A stretch of DNA of 64,000 bases from Reclinomonas americana ATCC 50394 (lineage: Eukaryota): NCBI GenBank assembly GCA_048213135.1, contig PS015109.1, positions 9,413 through 73,412 on the forward strand, written 5' to 3'. How positions within the stretch are numbered: the stretch's first letter is position 1; every line of letters starts with the position of its first letter. The notes beneath the pieces were generated by a model. It was not told the DNA's origin. It worked only from the letters and a program-made list of their open reading frames with translations, and did no database searches. Below, one piece after another: positions 10,949 to 22,700 of the stretch. The position numbers were made by a program, and so were the translations under genes.

Positions 10949-13900
10949 CACATACTCAGGTCACCATTGTTGATTCATCTCGCTACGGGACCATTGTCGA
11001 CGGGAAAGCACTGCAGAGTGGATCGCGAGTGCAACTCGCCGACAATGCGCTGATCTTGTTTGGCAAGTTTGGGCACAGCTATCGGTGAGGGTGTGGCAAA
11101 GAGAGGTGCTCTCTTCCCCGTTCTCTTCTCCTCCCTCTCTGTCTTTCTTCCTTCTCTCATTCTCTTCCTCGCTCCCTTCCCTCTGTGTCTTACTTCCATT
11201 CCATCTATTATTCCTCTCCCTTTCCCCTTCCCTCTCCTCTCCGCTTTCCCCCACTACGTATTCACCACTTGTGTGGTGGCCCTGTCCATCTGCTTGGTCG
11301 GCGACTATTCCGATGGTGGTCTGAATGTCGACGTGTTTGCAGTCTGCGCTGGTTTCCGATCACGTTGAGTGTGTCTGTGAAGAAGAAGGTTTTGCGTTCG
11401 GAGGTGATGCCGGCTGCTGCTGTGTGTGGTAAGTACAGCGAATGGGGAAGAGAGGGACAACTCTTGCGCAGTCGACGATCTTCGTGGACGGTAATGTCGT
11501 TCGCACTCCCACTGTCGTTGGTCCTCGGTCGTTTCTCTTGCCCACACGCATTCTGTTCACCGAGCGCTATGTTCCCGCGCTCCGTCTTGCTTATGTCGCA
11601 CCCTTGCAGTCGTGTGTACTCGATGACTGAGTGACGGTTGTTGTCGCGATGTGTTCCCCGTGCTCCGTCTTTCTTATGTCGCACTCTCGCAGTTATGTGT
11701 GCTCGATGACTGAGTGAGAGTTGTTGTTGCGCTATGTTCCCCGTGCCCTCGCTGTTGTGTACACACGATGCTCGATTGTCTCTTTCGATCACCCAGCACC
11801 TCCTGTGTGAGAAAAGTCTTCGTCATCCTCCTGCACTCGGTGTGGACGAGAGTGCCAGTCGATTTTAACATTCTTCTCATTCCTCCCTCCCTCTCCCCCC
11901 CAACATGCACAGGCATTCCGCTGATCAAGAATCTCCGAGGTGATGTGGTGACCGCCACGCACTACGTGACAGACAAGATCACAGGCAGCGGGCCGTTGCG
12001 TGTGGATGCTTCACGTTACGGCTGCTCTTCTCCTGCTCACCGCTTGTCTCTCCCGTGTATGCGTGCAGTGACCTGAACGCCATGATGCACCTGCTGCCGA
12101 TTACATCGCCGCAGTGGGTTGTCGCCGTGGCGTCGCGGGCGTCGGTCATGTCGCCGCTGCCGTTCACCGGACTGTTCCGTGTGGCCGATGCAATCTGCGT
12201 TCACGAGCTCCTCCCTCCCCACCCACTCACTTTCATCGATGCAGACATGTGCCTCCCATCGACGACAGTATCAAGGAGATCGAGGGCGTCGACCTGACCC
12301 GCATCAACCTGTCGGTGCAGCCGTCACGCAAGCGCCTGTTTGAGGACACGGTGGTGGTGTTTTTCGACCGCCCGGAAGTTGCGAACCCAGGCACGCACAC
12401 GGTGCACGCGTTGTGTTCTTNNNNNNNNNNNNNNNNNNNNNNNNNNNNNNNNNNNNNNNNNNNNNNNNNNNNNNNNNNNNNNNNNNNNNNNNNNNNNNNN
12501 NNNNNNNNNNNNNNNNNNNNNNNNNNNNNNNNNNNNNNNNNNNNNNNNNNNNNNNNNNNNNNNNNNNNNNNNNNNNNNNNNNNNNNNNNNNNNNNNNNNN
12601 NNNNNNNNNNNNNNNNNNNNNNNNNNNNNNNNNNNNNNNNNNNNNNNNNNNNNNNNNNNNNNNNNNNNNNNNNNNNNNNNNNNNNNNNNNNNNNNNNNNN
12701 NNNNNNNNNNNNNNNNNNNNNNNNNNNNNNCTCCTCACACTTGTCCCCTTGCCTACAGTTCATCCAACTGAGCTCGCTGATCTACGCCGGCGCTGGTCTC
12801 GCACACGACGCCTCGTCGTGGCTGCTGGACGATGAGTTTATCCGGCAGTATCGCACCGCCATTATGATGGATCCCACGGAAGCCACGCTGCCCGACTACA
12901 TCACGGAGGACAGCCCCGAGTGGGAGGCCACCAGCAAACTAATGCTCGACAAGAGCGACTGGTTGCGCGACCACGGATTCCAGCTGTACACCGTTGCGTC
13001 TCTCTCGTTGTGACAGGGAGAGAGCATTCTTCAATCCCTTCCTTGATTCTTGCGGTGTGTGTGGAGACGATCGGTTGCTGAACACGCTCTCCCTTTGGGT
13101 GTTTTGACTCAGCACATGCTCAGTCCCTCTCATATCTCCTTATGTCTTGGGTATGTTGAACTTCTCAGCTGCCAAACTTGCTCGTCTCTCTCTTCTCTTA
13201 TGCTTTCCTTGTCTTGCTGACTGTCACCCTTCCTCCCCTTGTCTCCTTCCTTTCGTCTTGCAATATGTTGATCTATTCAGCAACCGAGCATGTTCTGTCT
13301 CTCTCTCTGGGGAGTGATTGTCTCGCTGACTGTCGTGCTCCCGTCCCCTTCCCCTTCCCCCCTTCCCCCCTTCCCATTCCCACTCGCCTACCCTCACCCT
13401 TCCCCCTTCCCCCTTCCCCCTTTCCCCTTCCCCCTTGCCGTCCCCCTCTCCACCTTCGCCTTCCCTGACCTCCCTTTCCCTGTTCGGCAGATCCAAGAGC
13501 TCACGCTCTGCATCATGTTCAACACACGTGACCGGTGGTTCTGTGAACCGCGCTCCATTCCACCCGAGCCGCCCGGTTTGTTAATTTGTGCATAATCGAG
13601 GCCTTTTCCCCTTGCTCACACTTGTCGGCGCAGTCCATCAACCGGTCGTCGTCACCGGGTCCTCCGCCGCGGCCGCGCTGTCGTCGCTCCTGGGTGGTGC
13701 CGCTGGTGGCGACGGTGACGAAGACAGTGACGACGCCTTTCGGTAACAACACAGTGTCACAAACCGTTCTCAAAATCGTGCGCCTCACACCGCGTGCCGT
13801 CTGCAGAGCAACCAGCGAGTTCATGCCATTGGTGATTCGCCGACCACCGGCACCGTCGGCCACCCACAACGTAGGGGCCGCCGTCGAGGGGCCAGATTTT

Positions 13901-14720
13901 CGACGCTTCAAGAAGGTGCGTTGCCCTGCCCTACTTGTGTCTCACATTGGCCGGCGACGCTTGACTCACCAGTTATCGTGTAGCAACGTGTGTTTGGCAA
14001 GTACGGCGGTGCCACGGAGGCACTGGTGGGGCGACGAGAGACCAATGAGCGACGACGACGAGTGGATGTGTGCCTGCCAACCGACGCTCGAGTGGCAGCA
14101 AATGGTGCGAACGGCGACGACGAGGACGAGGAATTCGAGTTTGACGATCGACAAGTCGAGTGTCTGTTTGGGCCCGCTGCGCCACGGGCTGGCTCGTTGC
14201 GTCTCTCACTTTCTCACTGCGCTGTGCCAGCAAACTTACTGCATCAGCAAGCAGCCAACGACCGTCACGTGCTGCCGCCAAGACCGCCAAACCCGCGAAG
14301 CGCGTTGCGAGTGCTGTGGACGACGGCGAAGACGACTACGACCTGGACGACTACGACGACGACGGTCGACCGAAGCGACAGGCACGTAAGCGCCGTGCAC
14401 CGGCAGCCGTGTCGTCCGACGAGTACGACGATGGCGACAATGACTCGGATCACAGCGTGTCCACCGCGCTTGGGCAGCTGCGGGAGCGTCCCAAAGTGCA
14501 GAGTACCATCTTTGGCACCAAGGTCGCCACCGCCGCTGCGCCGCCGGCCAAGGCACGCAAGACGGCGGAGAAGACCACTGCCACTGGTGGCAAGCGAGCC
14601 ACCGGAAAACGCGGTGGCAAGAAGGCTGCTGCTGCCGCCCCTGCCGCAGCGGCAAAAGACTTTGGCTCCAATCCCTTCTCGTTTGACAGTGCCGAGGAAG
14701 ACGACGACGATGGCGAGTAA
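10183..14720 (+). CDS. NBS1: Nibrin/NBS1 (FHA + tandem BRCT, Mre11-binding motif); multi-exon, spans gaps
   Basis: Starts MWLL. FHA segments ILLQNDKSISR and DSSRYGTIVDG..LFG. BRCT linker PPIDD..RKRLFED. DFRRFKK resembles the NFKKFKK Mre11-binding motif. Confidence 0.85.
11562..11775. repeat. Imperfect tandem repeat, ~85 bp unit x ~2.5, probably intronic in NBS1
   Basis: Repeated gcgctatgttccc..cttatgtcgcac..ctcgatgactgagtga. Confidence 0.7.
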
Positions 14721-14924
14721 ATCACAAAGACAATGACACAATGTGACAGTCCGCTCAACAAAGTCGACCTTGCCTGTTTAAGCGCTGGAGAGGGGGATTC
14801 GGCAACGGCTCGTAAAATCACAGAATACTACGGAATTTCACTGAAGAGAGAGAATGAGAGATTGAAAACAAGTGGCACTCACGACACCAGCGCGCGTGAG
14901 GCGATGTACAGACAACGATGACGA

Positions 14925-15289
14925 CTACTTTCGTCCTGAGACTCCACTCGGCCCGGCACCGCTGCCGCCTGCTGCTGCTGAAGACGGCTCCGATCCCCAC
15001 TCCACATAGCCAGGCGTCTCGGCGGCCTTGTACTCGTCGACCAGACTTTGCACGATTTCCCTGCGCGACGCAACAGGGTGGTGAGTGCTGCTGTCGCGTA
15101 TGCGGAGAGGATCATCACGTAAACCTTGACGAGTCGAACTCCTCGAGACCGTCGGAGAACATGTCCAGCGCCTGATAGTTGGCAAGGAAAGCACCCTTGC
15201 GACGCAGCTTGTCGTATTGATCCAGCGTGCGCGAGAACAACTGCTGAATGCTGGTGTGGTTGGCGAGCATCAGGCCGCTCACTCGATGC
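14925..15289 (-). CDS. TUBG: Gamma-tubulin, C-terminal exons
   Basis: [45 protein letters not shown]. Confidence 0.95.
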
Positions 15290-15343
15290 TGCGCGGGAGT
15301 GAGTAAGGACGAAAGAAGAATGTNNNNNNNNNNNNNNNNNNNN

Positions 15344-16213
15344 GGCATGGGCTCCTACCTGTTGGAGAAGCTGAACGATCGGTACCCCAAGAAGCTCATC
15401 CAGTCGTACTCGGTGTTCCCCAATCAGCTGGAGAGCAGCGATGTGGTCGTGCAGCCGTACAACTCCATTCTCACTCTCAAGCGTCTGGCCGCCAACGCTG
15501 ACTGCGTCGTTGCGTCGCGCGCGAAGCTGATTCCTTGCGCAGCAGCATTTCAACTCTAACACGCAATGTGTGCATAGGTGGTGCTGGACAACACTGCCCT
15601 CACGCGCATTGCCGTCGACCGTCTGCACTTGACAAACCCCACCTTTGGTCAGGTCAACTCGCTGGTCTCCACGGTCATGGCCGCCTCGACCACCACTCTG
15701 CGGTACCCTGGTGCGTGTGGAGGCTGAGAGAAAAAGGAGGGAGAGTGAGAGGAGACAGAAGATTGCTCACTTTCTTTTGTTATGATGCACAGGGTACATG
15801 AACAACGATCTGATTGGCCTGGTGGCCTCGCTGATCCCGACGCCACGGTGCCACTTCCTCATGACTGGCTACACTCCGCTGTCGATCGATCGCGACTCTT
15901 CGCAGCACGTGCGCAAGACGTCGGTGTTGGACGTCATGCGGCGCCTGCTGCAAACCAAGAACATCATGGTCTCGTGTTCCACACGCCGAGGGTAAGTTAT
16001 CTCTTGAAGGCTGCTTGTCCACGACAGTTGCTGACGCCTCCACGCAGCTGCTACATGTCGATTCTGAACATTATCCAAGGCGAAGTGGATCCAACACAAG
16101 TGCACAAGTCGCTGCAGCGCATTCGTGAACGCAAGCTGGCCACTTTCATCCCGTGGGGCCCGGCCTCGATTCAAGTCGCGCTCTCCAAGAAGTCGCCCTA
16201 CATTGAGACAGCA
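15344..16213 (+). CDS. TUBG: Gamma-tubulin, middle exons (inverted relative to the rest of the gene)
   Basis: [49 protein letters not shown]. Confidence 0.95.
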
Positions 16214-16326
16214 GTTGCGTCTCGCGCGCGGTGCCCGCNNNNNNNNNNNNNNNNNNNNNNNNNNNNNNNNNNNNNNNNNNNNNNNNNNNNNNNNNNNNNN
16301 NNNNNNNNNNNNNNNNNNNNNNNNNN

Positions 16327-16730
16327 AGAGCCTGTGCCGCCCGCAATGCCGTGGATCATCAGGAAGCCCTCGAGGGAATCACTGCCGTCGGCCTCGCGAT
16401 CAATCATCTCCATAATGTCCTCGTGCACCTTTTCCGCCTGCTCGAAACCTGCGGGAGGGGTAGGAGGGTGAGGGTGAGGGAGAAAGCGGGGAGGCAGGTG
16501 CGAGGTGAACGCACCAGAGCCCCAGTTGTTGCCGGCACCACCGCCCTCGGGTGAAATGTAGATGTTTTCCGGGTTGAACAGGTTGTGGTAGGTGCTGTTC
16601 TGGATGCCGTTGATGACCTGCGGGAAAGGAGTCGTGAGGCACTTGTCAGTGTGACAAGGAACAGAGAGCACGAAACTCGTGGTTCCAAATCGCACAGCAG
16701 AGCGCGGGGGATGTAGTGTTCGTCGTCGGC
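16327..16730 (-). CDS. TUBG: Gamma-tubulin, N-proximal exons (the first exons are missing, probably in a gap)
   Basis: [33 protein letters not shown]. Confidence 0.95.
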
Positions 16731-17525
16731 CTGCGGAGAGGTGAGGGTGAGGGAAAAGGAGAGGGAGAACGGAGAGGGAGGGAAAGAGAGTGGGTGTGTG
16801 TGAGAGAGAAAGAGAAGAGAAAGACACAGAAGCAGAGACAGAGAACAAGCGAAGTGCCAAAGAAAGACAGCAGAGAGCAGAAAGACGCAGTGTGCGCGTG
16901 CGTGAGAGAAAGAAAAAAGCAAGACACAGAAGGAATCGGATGAAGAAGAACGAAAAAGAGAAGAGAGGCAACAATACCAGGTTGAACGCATGAACAACGA
17001 AGCGTCAAGCACAGACAAAGAAAAAGCACATGCCACAAAAAGAGAGCAAAGAGCAGAAAGACATAGTGTGCGTTCGTGCGCTCGTGTGTGAGAGAAAGAA
17101 AAGAGAAAGAGGCACAAGGGGAAAACAAAGCCAAAAGAAAAGCACACGAGAGAGAGAGATGAAGAAAGACAACAAAGTAAACACAGAGAACAGAGAGTGC
17201 ATGAACAAGCAGAGTCAACAAGCAGCGCAAGCACACACAGAGAGAGAGAGAGAGATGAGGAAAGACAACAAAGTAAGCACAGAACAGAGAGCGCGTGAAC
17301 AAGGCAGCGTCAACAAGCAGCACAAACAGAGCGAAAGAGAGAGACGGGGAACAGAGCGCATAACAAGGACAACAGAGTTAACACAGATAATAGGTGGACT
17401 GCACAGGCAGCGTCAACAAACAAGTGAAGGGCCACACACACACACACACAAACACAAAGAACACGCGCAGAGAAAGAGAAGGGCACTAGAGAANNNNNNN
17501 NNNNNNNNNNNNNNNNNNNNNNNNN

Positions 17526-18122
17526 GATCGTGTGCAAATGACCAAAGGCCGACAGGCGTCGACCAAGGAGTGTGAGCCGTTCTTTGATGCCTTCAAGCAG
17601 TGCAAGAAGAAGGCGGTGAGTGGGAGAGAGAGAGAGAGAGAGAGAGAAGGGGGCAAAGGAGGGGAAGAGTGACTGAGGAAGAGTGATGCATTGTGATGAT
17701 CGGAAGATGCGACGAGAGGGAGATAGAGTGACTGTGTCTATCTTGCATACTGAGGAGCAAGAGGGACAGTGAGAGACTGAGAGGCTGAGAGCGAGAGAGA
17801 GGTAGGGACGGAGGCAGACAGACTGAGATAGGGACAAGTCCAGAAGAGAGGGCAAGAGGAAGAGTGTTGTCTTGCGATCGGAACGGCCACACGCACACAC
17901 ACGCACACACACACCAGCGCACGCAGACATACAGACTGATAACAATTGATCATTCTCGCTCAACTTTCACCTGTCTCCTCTCTCTCTCTCTCTTGTCTCT
18001 CGTCGCAGTTTGAGGATCGGAAGAGGCAACGAGAGGCACAACAAAAGCCAATGTTTGGCTTCTTGCAACGCAAGGAATCTCCGGCGCCGACAGCTCCTCC
18101 GGAGAGTGATCGCAGCAAGTGA
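17526..18122 (+). CDS. 3' part of a small CX9C (CHCH, COX23-like) protein
   Basis: CEPFFDAFKQCKKKA, then a GTGAGT..CAG intron, then FEDRKRQREAQQKPMFGF..*. The 5' end is in a gap. Confidence 0.55.
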
Positions 18123-18360
18123 GGAGTTTCGTTTTTCTTTTTTTTTAATCTCTCAGTGATAAAAAAGGAATGGCGAGTCGTTGAGTGCGGTGGTGGATCA
18201 GAGCACGACTCCGGCGGCGTCGAGATGCACAGGTGGTTCTGGGATCACTTCGCTGTCGGGCACCGGTTTGATCTGCAAGCGGGAGGTGTCAGAAGCAGCA
18301 ATGGTGCAAAGAAAGGAAGATGTCGAAGAGTCACTCGCTCTCTGTGCACACATGCGCACA

Positions 18361-18630
18361 GTGACGGGGAATAGCCTCGCTGAACACACACACATACACG
18401 CAAACACCGCCTTGCGTGCAATGGAGAACAACAGCTTCGCTGAATTTGCATTTGTGGGCGGGTAGCTCTCTCTCGCTTTCTTGCTCTCTCTCTCTTCACG
18501 CACACACGCAGTGGAGAACAACAGCCTCGCAGAAGTTGCATGAACACATACTCCGTCTGTGTCTGGCTGGCTGTCACGCACGAACACCGTGGACGCAGTG
18601 AAGGACAACAGCTTCGCTGAATTTGCCAGC
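18361..18630. repeat. Three to four degenerate ~30-bp direct repeats
   Basis: gagaacaacagcttcgctgaatttgc-like units at ~18361, 18421, 18511 and 18598. Confidence 0.6.
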
Positions 18631-18739
18631 GGGGGAATGTAACCTCCCCGCACTCTGCATGCACTCACACACTCACTCCCTCTCTCACTCCCTCTCTCAC
18701 TCCCTCTCTCACATACCCACTCACTCCCTCACTCGCTCC

Positions 18740-18788
<49 letters not shown>

Positions 18789-19642
18789 NNNNNNNNNNNN
18801 NNNNNNNNNNNNNNNNNNNNNNNNNNNNNNNNNNNNNNNNNNNNNNNNNNNNNNNNNNNNNNNNNNNNNNNNNNNNNNNNNNNNNNNNNNNNNNNNNNNN
18901 NNNNNNNNNNNNNNNNNNNNNNNNNNNNNNNNNNNNNNNNNNNNNNNNNNNNNNNNNNNNNNNNNNNNNNNNNNNNNNNNNNNNNNNNNNNNNNNNNNNN
19001 NNNNNNNNNNNNNNNNNNNNNNNNNNNNNNNNNNNNNNNNNNNNNNNNNNNNNNNNNNNNNNNNNNNNNNNNNNNNNNNNNNNNNNNNNNNNNNNNNNNN
19101 NNNNNNNNNNNNNNNNNNNNNNNNNNNNNNNNNNNNNNNNNNNNNNNNNNNNNNNNNNNNNNNNNNNNNNNNNNNNNNNNNNNNNNNNNNNNNNNNNNNN
19201 NNNNNNNNNNNNNNNNNNNNNNNNNNNNNNNNNNNNNNNNNNNNNNNNNNNNNNNNNNNNNNNNNNNNNNNNNNNNNNNNNNNNNNNNNNNNNNNNNNNN
19301 NNNNNNNNNNNNNNNNNNNNNNNNNNNNNNNNNNNNNNNNNNNNNNNNNNNNNNNNNNNNNNNNNNNNNNNNNNNNNNNNNNNNNNNNNNNNNNNNNNNN
19401 NNNNNNNNNNNNNNNNNNNNNNNNNNNNNNNNNNNNNNNNNNNNNNNNNNNNNNNNNNNNNNNNNNNNNNNNNNNNNNNNNNNNNNNNNNNNNNNNNNNN
19501 NNNNNNNNNNNNNNNNNNNNNNNNNNNNNNNNNNNNNNNNNNNNNNNNNNNNNNNNNNNNNNNNNNNNNNNNNNNNNNNNNNNNNNNNNNNNNNNNNNNN
19601 NNNNNNNNNNNNNNNNNNNNNNNNNNNNNNNNNNNNNNNNNN

Positions 19643-19679
<37 letters not shown>

Positions 19680-19730
19680 ACTCACACGTGCGCGCCAAAC
19701 TACAAACTCCGCTTCTCTTCCCCCAACTCA

Positions 19731-22700
19731 CCATGCAAACATACACCCACACCGCCAGCACCTGGTTGCGATACGCCTCCTGCGGTTGACAAGAGAGTGA
19801 GAAAACGCACGCATTCTTCGCACACTCCATCATGCGTACCAAGTGCACAGCAAAGCAAAACTGGACGTCCTTCGTTTTGTCTTCGTGAATGGGGTAGTTC
19901 TTCATGACCCACTGGAGAGGCAGAGAGGAGTGTCAGAATGAAATCCACACCGACCTTCCCTCTCATCAGCGCACCTTGCGAATGCGAATCTCATCATAAT
20001 ATGCAAAGCAGAATGCACGGCCCTCAAAATCGTGCCCCTTTGGCACCGCCTCTTGCAGCACACCCTTCCACGCATCGAGATCTGGTACACACACGAGCGT
20101 GAGAAGGAGGAGGCGATGCCAGCGAAGCCCTCATGCAGGAAACATCACACACCCCAATCCAAAATCTTGGTTCGAATGGAGCGCATCTCCTGCAACAAGT
20201 GCTTCCACTCAGCCGCCTGCTCCTTGGTGAGATTCTCACGCGGTAGCGCGGCGAGCTTTGCCTGGCACTCCTCCAGTTGCCTCTTTGGTTTCAGGCGATC
20301 CTCCGGAGCCATGACGCGCAATCTGTGGCACGCACGACGAGAAATAATGAGAGCGGAGAATGCAAAAGATTGGTCGGCGACGAGAACTCACTTTTCCATA
20401 ATGCGCAGGCCCTGTCGCAAGGTCTTGTTCAACTCCAAGAACAGCTTCGTCTCCAGATGGTACTTGTTGCGCCACACGAAATATGACACTGGAGAGAGAC
20501 GTGAGGAGTCTTGTCAACAAGAAAGAAGATTGTTTAGCGAACGCACATTGCAACTCCTTCTGGATGCAGTCCGTGTAGGAGCGAACGCGATATACAGGGA
20601 ATCGTGGTCGCAACGGAGTCTCGCGGTAGAAGGCCACAATGTGTCGCCGCAAGTGCGTCTGCAAATGGGCAGTCAGCAAGCTGGCAACGAGCATAATAAT
20701 ATTCATGCACGCGCTCAAACTTGATCATTCACTCCCCGCCTTTGCTCTCTCACTATCTATCGCTCTCACTAGCTTGTTCATTCACTGCCATTCTTCACAC
20801 ACGCCCCCTATTCGCCTCTCCTTCACTTCGCTCCATTCCGCGCGCTCACCTTCTCACCTCTGTCCCCTTTTCATCATTCCCTAACTCTCTCTCGTCGCTC
20901 AGCCACGCTCTCTCAGCTTCCATTTCTTTCTTCACGAATGTTCTTCCGTTTTCCCCCCTTTGCTTTCGTTGTACTTCTTGAGCTTACTTTCTCACCTCCC
21001 CGCCTCGCTCTTCTCTCAGCCTCACACGCACGCTCAGCACCTTCTCGTTCTTCACACTTCTTCCCATCCCTCCTCCTCCACTTCCGCTTCTCCCAACCTC
21101 CCCCTTCCCCCTCCCTTTCCCTCTATCCTCCCCTCCCCCTTCTTCCTCCTTCCCTCCCTTTCCCCCTTCTTCCCTATTCCGCCCCCGCACGCAACAAATC
21201 GCGGATCATCGGGGATGAACGGCACCCACCGCGCCTCATCCTCCAAATCGAACTTGATGTGGTTCGGTCGCTCTTCCTGCGCGTTCGCCCACAGATTCGT
21301 GTGGTTGAACACGACATAGATCTTGGCGTACGGCACCGGTACGTGCACCAGAGGCTCCTCCAAACCACCCGAGTGCGCTTGCAGTGTCTGCTCACAGCGG
21401 CGCGTGAGAAGAGTGCACACGAGGCGAGAAGCATGAGAGAGAGGGACTAACGTAGCGCCCATCAGAGCCGCGAGCAGTCACTGGCTTCACCACCGGTGCC
21501 GCACGGCCGACCATAATGTCGTCCTCGTTCAACTCGTCCGACAGCACCTCACGCATCTCCAAGTACATGTCACCGGGGAAGATGATCATGTCCTCGTCAC
21601 GCGCCTGAAACACACGTCGTATTAGACAGGGACAGTGAGTGGATGGGGGGAAAGGAAAAAAAGAACGCAACATATGCGACATCGGCATCGGCAGCCGCTG
21701 GAGATATCAACACGAGGGTCAGTAAAGCACATTCGCTACCACACACGTTCACATTGAGAGAGACACACCTTGCGTTTCCTCTTCAGTGGGCTTTTGTACA
21801 CCGACCCATCTCTCCGGAAGCTGCATTCAACAAAAGTGAGTCTTCTTTACCTTCCTGCGCAGACGCGCGCCAGACACACCAAATAGTGCTTGCCGCTCGA
21901 GGTCTCCCAGAAAATGACAGAACCGTCATCCTCGCGCGTCATCACCCACGTGTGCTCCACACCTGTCGAAGTTTCGCCAATACACAAATACGCCTCCACT
22001 CCGCGGTATCGCTCCAGACCCAGCATGAGATTGCACTATTGCTCAGGCGCATGAGGGGGATGCTGAATACAAAGCCACTCCCACCCCCTTCGAGGCACGC
22101 ACCATCAAAATCGCGTGATCCTCCGAATCGCCCTTGCGCTGATTCTGGAAGAACTCGGGCGTGGTCCAAATGTCGTCGTGCCCCGCAAAGATGTTCTCGT
22201 CCGTGTCCCACGTCATGAGGCTGATCATGCGTGCAATGATACGCGGCTCACGTGTGTCTGCGCCACGATTGACATGAGTGAACCGGAAAATCACACGAGG
22301 TGTTTGAACGATAGTGGCGACGGACCACGCGGGACCGGCAACTCCGGCGGCAACACGTACGACGGCAGGAAGCGGTCCATCAACTTCTCGTCCTTGCGCA
22401 CCACCGGGAAGCGCGCCGTAATGCCGCGCGTCTTCATCTCGGCGTGCCACGTCTTGTCGCGCTCCAGAATTTCCTCCGGCACCTTGTAGTGCGGGTCAAA
22501 GACTGGGTCGGGGTCGTCCTCAAAGTCGATGCGTGGACCAAGATCTGTGGCACGCCAATGGTCAGCAGCCAGGAGACAAGGGGGGGAAATACAAAATGAG
22601 TAGCACCTTGGATAAAGTAGGCGCTGAATGTGACTTTCTGGTCGGCCTCCGGATGGAACGGGTTGATGAGTTTCAGCGTGCCCTGGAACATGCGCGTGGT

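Noticed and set aside
15509-16238. Introner-like transposon origin for the GTTGCG introns (two tubulin introns start similarly)
   Set aside because: Similarity is limited to the first ~15 nt. I see no shared bodies, terminal inverted repeats or target-site duplications.
18361-18630. CRISPR-like array
   Set aside because: The repeats are degenerate, the spacers are low-complexity, the context is eukaryotic and there are no cas genes.
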